From NCBI GenBank assembly GCA_002503045.1, contig DAQW01000008.1, forward strand, positions 1-37,931: DNA of 37,931 nt. The letters run 5' to 3'. The number at the start of each line of letters is the position of its first letter. The first letter of the stretch is position 1. The translations under genes were made by a program, and so were the position numbers. Origin of the DNA: Euryarchaeota archaeon UBA39 (lineage in GTDB: Archaea > Thermoplasmatota > Poseidoniia > Poseidoniales > Thalassarchaeaceae). Positions 34,666-37,931 of the stretch are shown one piece after another. The notes beneath the pieces are model-generated. The model worked only from the letters and a program-made list of their open reading frames with translations, was not told where the DNA came from and did no database searches.

Positions 34666-35304
34666 ATGGATTCGAGCATAGTGCTCTTTGGTCCGCCCGG
34701 TGCAGGCAAAGGAACTCAAGCAGGGCGCATCGTACAAGCAACTGGAAAACCTCAGGTTTCTACAGGTGATATGCTTAGAGCAGCGGTTGAAAATGGAACT
34801 GAATTGGGTCGAATCGCTAAGGGATACATGGAGTCAGGAGGTTTAGTCCCTGATGAGGTGATTATTGGTCTCATAGAAGAGAGAATAAAGCAGCCAGACG
34901 CTATCGGTGGCCTACTTTTCGATGGTTTCCCTCGCACCATCCCTCAAGCTGAAGCTCTCGAAAAAATCGCTCCGGTTTCGATGGTCATTGCAATACATGT
35001 TGAAGATGAGTCAATTGTGGAACGAATTTGTGGTAGATTTACCTGTGCTTCATGCGGTGAAGTCTACCACGATATATTCCGGCCATGTAAAACTGAATCT
35101 GTTTGCGATTCTTGCAATGGGACTGAATTTAAACGACGTGCTGATGATTCTGAAGCCACAGTTAGAAATCGCCTCTCAGCATATCATGAGCAAACATCTC
35201 CCCTTGAATCATGGTACTTTGATAGAGGACTACTTAGAAGAATAGATGGGAATCATAGTATTGAGCAAGTTGGACAAGAAATTTCTAATCTTCTTGATGA
35301 ATAA
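34666..35304 (+). CDS. adk: Adenylate kinase, long (bacterial-type) form with four-Cys zinc lid
   Basis: P-loop IVLFGPPGAGKGTQA. The GFPRT motif is present. Lid: CASCGEVYH...CDSCNGTEFKRRADD. Confidence 0.95.
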   Translation: MDSSIVLFGPPGAGKGTQAGRIVQATGKPQVSTGDMLRAAVENGTELGRIAKGYMESGGLVPDEVIIGLIEERIKQPDAIGGLLFDGFPRTIPQAEALEKIAPVSMVIAIHVEDESIVERICGRFTCASCGEVYHDIFRPCKTESVCDSCNGTEFKRRADDSEATVRNRLSAYHEQTSPLESWYFDRGLLRRIDGNHSIEQVGQEISNLLDE

Positions 35305-35321
35305 TAATTCGTGGTGTTTTC

Positions 35322-35639
35322 ATGAAACGTAGACGTCGACAAAGTCTACGGGTGGAGAGGGCAAATGAGGCGATTGCTCATCTTTCAGGTATTATAGTAG
35401 ATGTTGGCGCAGATTTAGATGTGCGGAATACAGCTGCACGTGATCTTATTAGGACCTGTATGAGGCATAATTGTTCGATTCCAGAAAATCTCAAACGATG
35501 GGTATGTCGTGGATGTAAAGGCGCTTTAATCCCAGGCGAGACTGCAAGAATACGTGTTCGTTCTAGAGTTCGTGTTACTACATGTTTGACTTGTTTTCGT
35601 GAAAAACGCATTCCTTTGAATTCGGAGGAGTTAGAATGA
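35322..35639 (+). CDS. rnp4: RNase P protein component 4 (Rpp21/Rpr2 family)
   Basis: Basic N-terminal helices are followed by a zinc ribbon, CRGCKGALIPGETARIRVRS..RVTTCLTCFREKRIPL, the Rpp21 pattern (CxxC ... CxxC with the R-I-R strand). 105 aa. Confidence 0.85.
   Translation: MKRRRRQSLRVERANEAIAHLSGIIVDVGADLDVRNTAARDLIRTCMRHNCSIPENLKRWVCRGCKGALIPGETARIRVRSRVRVTTCLTCFREKRIPLNSEELE
35624..35630 (+). promoter_or_regulatory. Shine-Dalgarno GGAGGAG for the yhbY-like gene, inside the 3' end of rnp4
   Basis: It lies 5 nt upstream of ATG 35636. The ATG overlaps the rnp4 TGA (ATGA), consistent with translational coupling. Confidence 0.5.
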
Positions 35640-35902
35640 AAATTCCTGATTGGGTAATTTTGTCGGCTAAGGATCCAGACCTAAAATCCACTGTACGTTT
35701 AGGTAGAAATGGATTGACTGATTCTATTATTGAAGAAATTAAAACTCAATTATCTGCTCGTACATTGGTCAAAATTAGATTAAATCGAGGATTTGCCATT
35801 GATTCTGAACAGAGGGAAAAGATATTTTCTCATTTGGAAGAATCAACCATGAGTACTCTTGTTTTTTCTCGAGGTAATGTCGCTGTTTTATGGAGATCAT
35901 AA
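35636..35902 (+). CDS. YhbY-like CRM-domain RNA-binding protein
   Basis: LKSTVRLGRNGLTDSIIEEIKTQL..RTLVKIRL matches the G-K/R-N-G-L-T core of the CRS1/YhbY (CRM) domain. 88 aa. Confidence 0.85.
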   Translation: MKIPDWVILSAKDPDLKSTVRLGRNGLTDSIIEEIKTQLSARTLVKIRLNRGFAIDSEQREKIFSHLEESTMSTLVFSRGNVAVLWRS

Positions 35903-35922
35903 GTAGAAATTTGGAATAATCA

Positions 35923-37608
35923 ATGGATGGTTATTTGAATCGCCTAATGGACGGAGTAATAATGCGAGTCTTTTCCCGAGGGCGGTCGTTTTGGATCCGA
36001 TCTACTCTTTTACTCTCTTCGTTGGCCATGTTTACCTTTTTTCCGATGGTCCAAGCAGGTGGAGGAGGAGGCTTAGCAGGCAGGCATTGGTATGTCGATC
36101 ATATTTCTTCAATGCCCGAATGGGCATTACCTGCGTCATTTTTGATTCTTCTAGCAGTTTATGGCCTAATCATTTTTGAATTGATAGATAGGGCTCTAGC
36201 AGCAACAATTGGTGGAATACTATGTGTATTTGTTTTACACATAATAGCCGCAGGCGATCCTAATTCTACGGGTCCAGATTTACTAGATGTTATTGTTTGG
36301 ATAGATATGGAGACCGTCGGCCTTCTAATGGGTATGATGATTATCGTAGGAGTGTTATCGGAAACAGGTGTTTTCCAATGGGCCGCAGTAGAGGCTTATG
36401 CTCGGAGCGGAGGTTCTATTTGGAGGCTGATGGTAATCCTTGCAGTAGTTACTGCAGTATTTTCGGCATTCCTTGACAATGTAACGACTATGTTGTTGAT
36501 TGCCCCAGTAACTATTCAACTTGCAAAGGTGTTGAATTTAAATCCAATTCCATTGTTAGTTGGAGAGGTAATGTTCTCGAATATCGGAGGTACTGCAACT
36601 CAGATTGGTGATCCTCCGAATATTATCATTGGCGCACAACTTTCTAGAACAAGTCTTGCTGGAACTCCTCTTGCCGAGCATTCTATTGCTTTCATTGATT
36701 TCGTTATCAATCTAGCTCCTGCTGTCTTCCTAGTTTTCCTTCCCTCATTATGGCTTCTACATCGTCTCGAGAGGGAAGGTCTAGATTTACATCGAGATAG
36801 GGATATTGAATCACTCAGGGAAACATATGGGATTAAAGATAAATCTATGCTGATAAAGTCAGGGATTATTCTCTCAATTGTATTGGTGGCATTTTTCGCC
36901 CATAGTGCAATTGTACATCCTCTATCCAATGTGGCAGTGATTGCTCTTATCGGTGCATTTGTAATGTTATTAGTGGTTACTCCACACGAAATTGAACATT
37001 ATCTTGACGAAGTAGAATGGACCACATTGTTGTTCTTTGCAGGATTATTTATTTTGATTGGCGGCCTAAGTGCAATGGGCCTCATTGATGCTTTAGCAGA
37101 ATGGACTAGTACAATGATTGCTCGTGCACCCGAGGATCACCGATTGTTTGTTGCACTAATGTTATTGCTGTGGGTTTCAGCGATTGCTTCTGCCTTTATT
37201 GATAATATTCCATTTACTGCCACGATGGTTCCTGTGATGCTCGAAATTGCTCAGGATGTTGATTTAGATCTTCCATTGGGTCCTCTAGCTTGGGCTCTTG
37301 CACTTGGAGCATGTCTCGGAGGGAATGGTACTTTGATTGGCGCTTCAGCAAATGTAGCAACTGCAGGAATCGCTAGTGGGGCGGGACATAATATTACTTT
37401 CATGCGCTTTTTCAAGACCGGTTTCCCAATTATGATTGTTAGCGTAATTTTAGCTTCGGTTTACTTGTACATCATGTTCGTAATGTGGGAAGTCCACGTC
37501 ACACCTTCAGTAATACCTTATGTTGTGATTGGAATCGGGGTTCTGGGTATGGTAATGATTGGGCGAATTTGGGGTCCAGCAGATATCACGATTGTTGAAG
37601 AAGAGTGA
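35923..37608 (+). CDS. ArsB/NhaD-superfamily (citrate-transporter-like) anion/ion permease
   Basis: About 12 or more hydrophobic helices. The two halves carry matching re-entrant motifs, AFLDNVTTMLLIAPVT and AFIDNIPFTATMVPVM, typical of this inverted-repeat permease family. The N-terminal 40 aa look like an extra signal-like helix. The substrate cannot be read from the sequence. Confidence 0.8.
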   Translation: MDGYLNRLMDGVIMRVFSRGRSFWIRSTLLLSSLAMFTFFPMVQAGGGGGLAGRHWYVDHISSMPEWALPASFLILLAVYGLIIFELIDRALAATIGGILCVFVLHIIAAGDPNSTGPDLLDVIVWIDMETVGLLMGMMIIVGVLSETGVFQWAAVEAYARSGGSIWRLMVILAVVTAVFSAFLDNVTTMLLIAPVTIQLAKVLNLNPIPLLVGEVMFSNIGGTATQIGDPPNIIIGAQLSRTSLAGTPLAEHSIAFIDFVINLAPAVFLVFLPSLWLLHRLEREGLDLHRDRDIESLRETYGIKDKSMLIKSGIILSIVLVAFFAHSAIVHPLSNVAVIALIGAFVMLLVVTPHEIEHYLDEVEWTTLLFFAGLFILIGGLSAMGLIDALAEWTSTMIARAPEDHRLFVALMLLLWVSAIASAFIDNIPFTATMVPVMLEIAQDVDLDLPLGPLAWALALGACLGGNGTLIGASANVATAGIASGAGHNITFMRFFKTGFPIMIVSVILASVYLYIMFVMWEVHVTPSVIPYVVIGIGVLGMVMIGRIWGPADITIVEEE

Positions 37609-37632
37609 ACTTCTGTCCGTCAGCATCAAATC

Positions 37633-37931
37633 ATGCGGAGTTTACCGGATAGCATGCAAGAGTGTCAGGTGTGCGGACTTCTCTTTGGTGGAGGAGACCG
37701 TTGCCCTGAGTGTAAGAGCGTTTTTGGTACAACTGTCGAGATTGATCAAGATGATTCGCTACCTTCTGGTCCATTGCCTGGAACTGCTTCGCTTACAGAA
37801 ATTCTGACGGAGGTAGACGGATTGAGTGGCCCATCTTCTGATGATTTAGATTCGCGTCCCAATCTTCCATTCACATTGGGTGGCGCAAGGTCTGCACCTA
37901 AGGTACAATTGTTGTTTGGTACTGGGGCCCG
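37633..37931 (+). CDS. 5' part of a gene running off the window: protein with N-terminal zinc ribbon followed by a low-complexity Ser/Pro/Asp-rich region (not in the supplied ORF track)
   Basis: My own translation from ATG 37633 is MRSLPDSMQECQVCGLLFGGGDRCPECKSVFGTTVEIDQDDSLPSGPLPG... It stays open to the last base. CxxC-N9-CxxC is at 37663-37713. It fits the gene spacing better than the track ORF 37559-37807, which overlaps the permease. Confidence 0.5.
   Translation, partial: MRSLPDSMQECQVCGLLFGGGDRCPECKSVFGTTVEIDQDDSLPSGPLPGTASLTEILTEVDGLSGPSSDDLDSRPNLPFTLGGARSAPKVQLLFGTGA

Noticed and set aside
34411-34737. 108-aa glycine-rich minus-strand ORF (GGSPGGRPGGNDGGGGLEKPGG...).
   Set aside because: It is the mirror image of the proline-rich tail of the S8 protease and runs into the adk start. 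It has no independent start context.
37559-37807. 82-aa track ORF spanning the permease stop.
   Set aside because: It overlaps the last 50 nt of the permease in a different frame and has noise-like composition. The frame starting at 37633 gives a zinc ribbon and respects the gene spacing.
1-37931. Searched for tRNA/rRNA genes, CRISPR repeats, IS elements/transposases/integrases, toxin-antitoxin or other defence cassettes, and in-frame stop recoding.
   Set aside because: No spacer is long enough for a tRNA; the longest non-coding stretches are about 100 nt and lack tRNA-like arms. There are no tandem direct repeats at CRISPR scale and no transposase-, integrase- or nuclease-defence-like translations in any listed ORF. 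All large ORFs are uninterrupted.

Overview
This is a densely coding archaeal chromosomal segment. I call 27 CDS and see no rRNA, tRNA, CRISPR array or mobile element; almost every spacer is under about 105 nt, so there is no room for a structured RNA gene.

Archaeal identity rests on motifs read directly from the translations:
- archaeosine synthase ArcS with an exact PCX3KPYX2SX2H motif
- RNase P protein Rpp21/Rnp4
- type II GAPDH
- archaeal-type PheRS beta and GluRS
- uS15 with the archaeal/eukaryal N-terminus
- RNase HII ending in a PIP box

By inference only, the gene content (many giant secreted proteins, a membrane-tethered S8 megaprotease, a by-eye AT-leaning composition) suggests a marine planktonic Thermoplasmatota genome, similar to Marine Group II/III.

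Housekeeping genes: dnaJ, arcS, rps15, gltX, rnhB, pheT, gap, adk, rnp4, yhbY-like, a GT2 glycosyltransferase and an ArsB/NhaD-type permease. They are interleaved, sometimes with overlapping stop/start codons, with very large surface proteins.

The best candidate for something undescribed is not a classical operon but a recurring protein architecture. Five proteins share signal peptide, huge ectodomain, membrane anchor and a structured cytoplasmic tail. They are 517-6066, 13367-15349, 18623-20644, 23186-25270 and 29855-34627. The tails carry:
- poly-proline tracts
- a canonical EF-hand at the extreme C-terminus of the 1849-aa giant
- a shared short IDAAL-type motif
- a roughly 170-aa globular domain
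- a zinc ribbon

This looks like an outside-to-inside coupling or anchoring layer of the cell surface. That reading is inference and needs homology, structure and expression checks.

Other items worth a second look:
- a pyroglutamyl-peptidase/Nudix fusion
- a catalytically degenerate DHH (RecJ/Cdc45-like) protein directly downstream of rps15
- a GC-rich 14-bp perfect palindrome in the rps15 leader
- a GXGXG protein with a degenerate glutamate-synthase-like C-terminal half
- convergent gene pairs with zero or negative spacing, one centred on a 16-bp perfect palindrome
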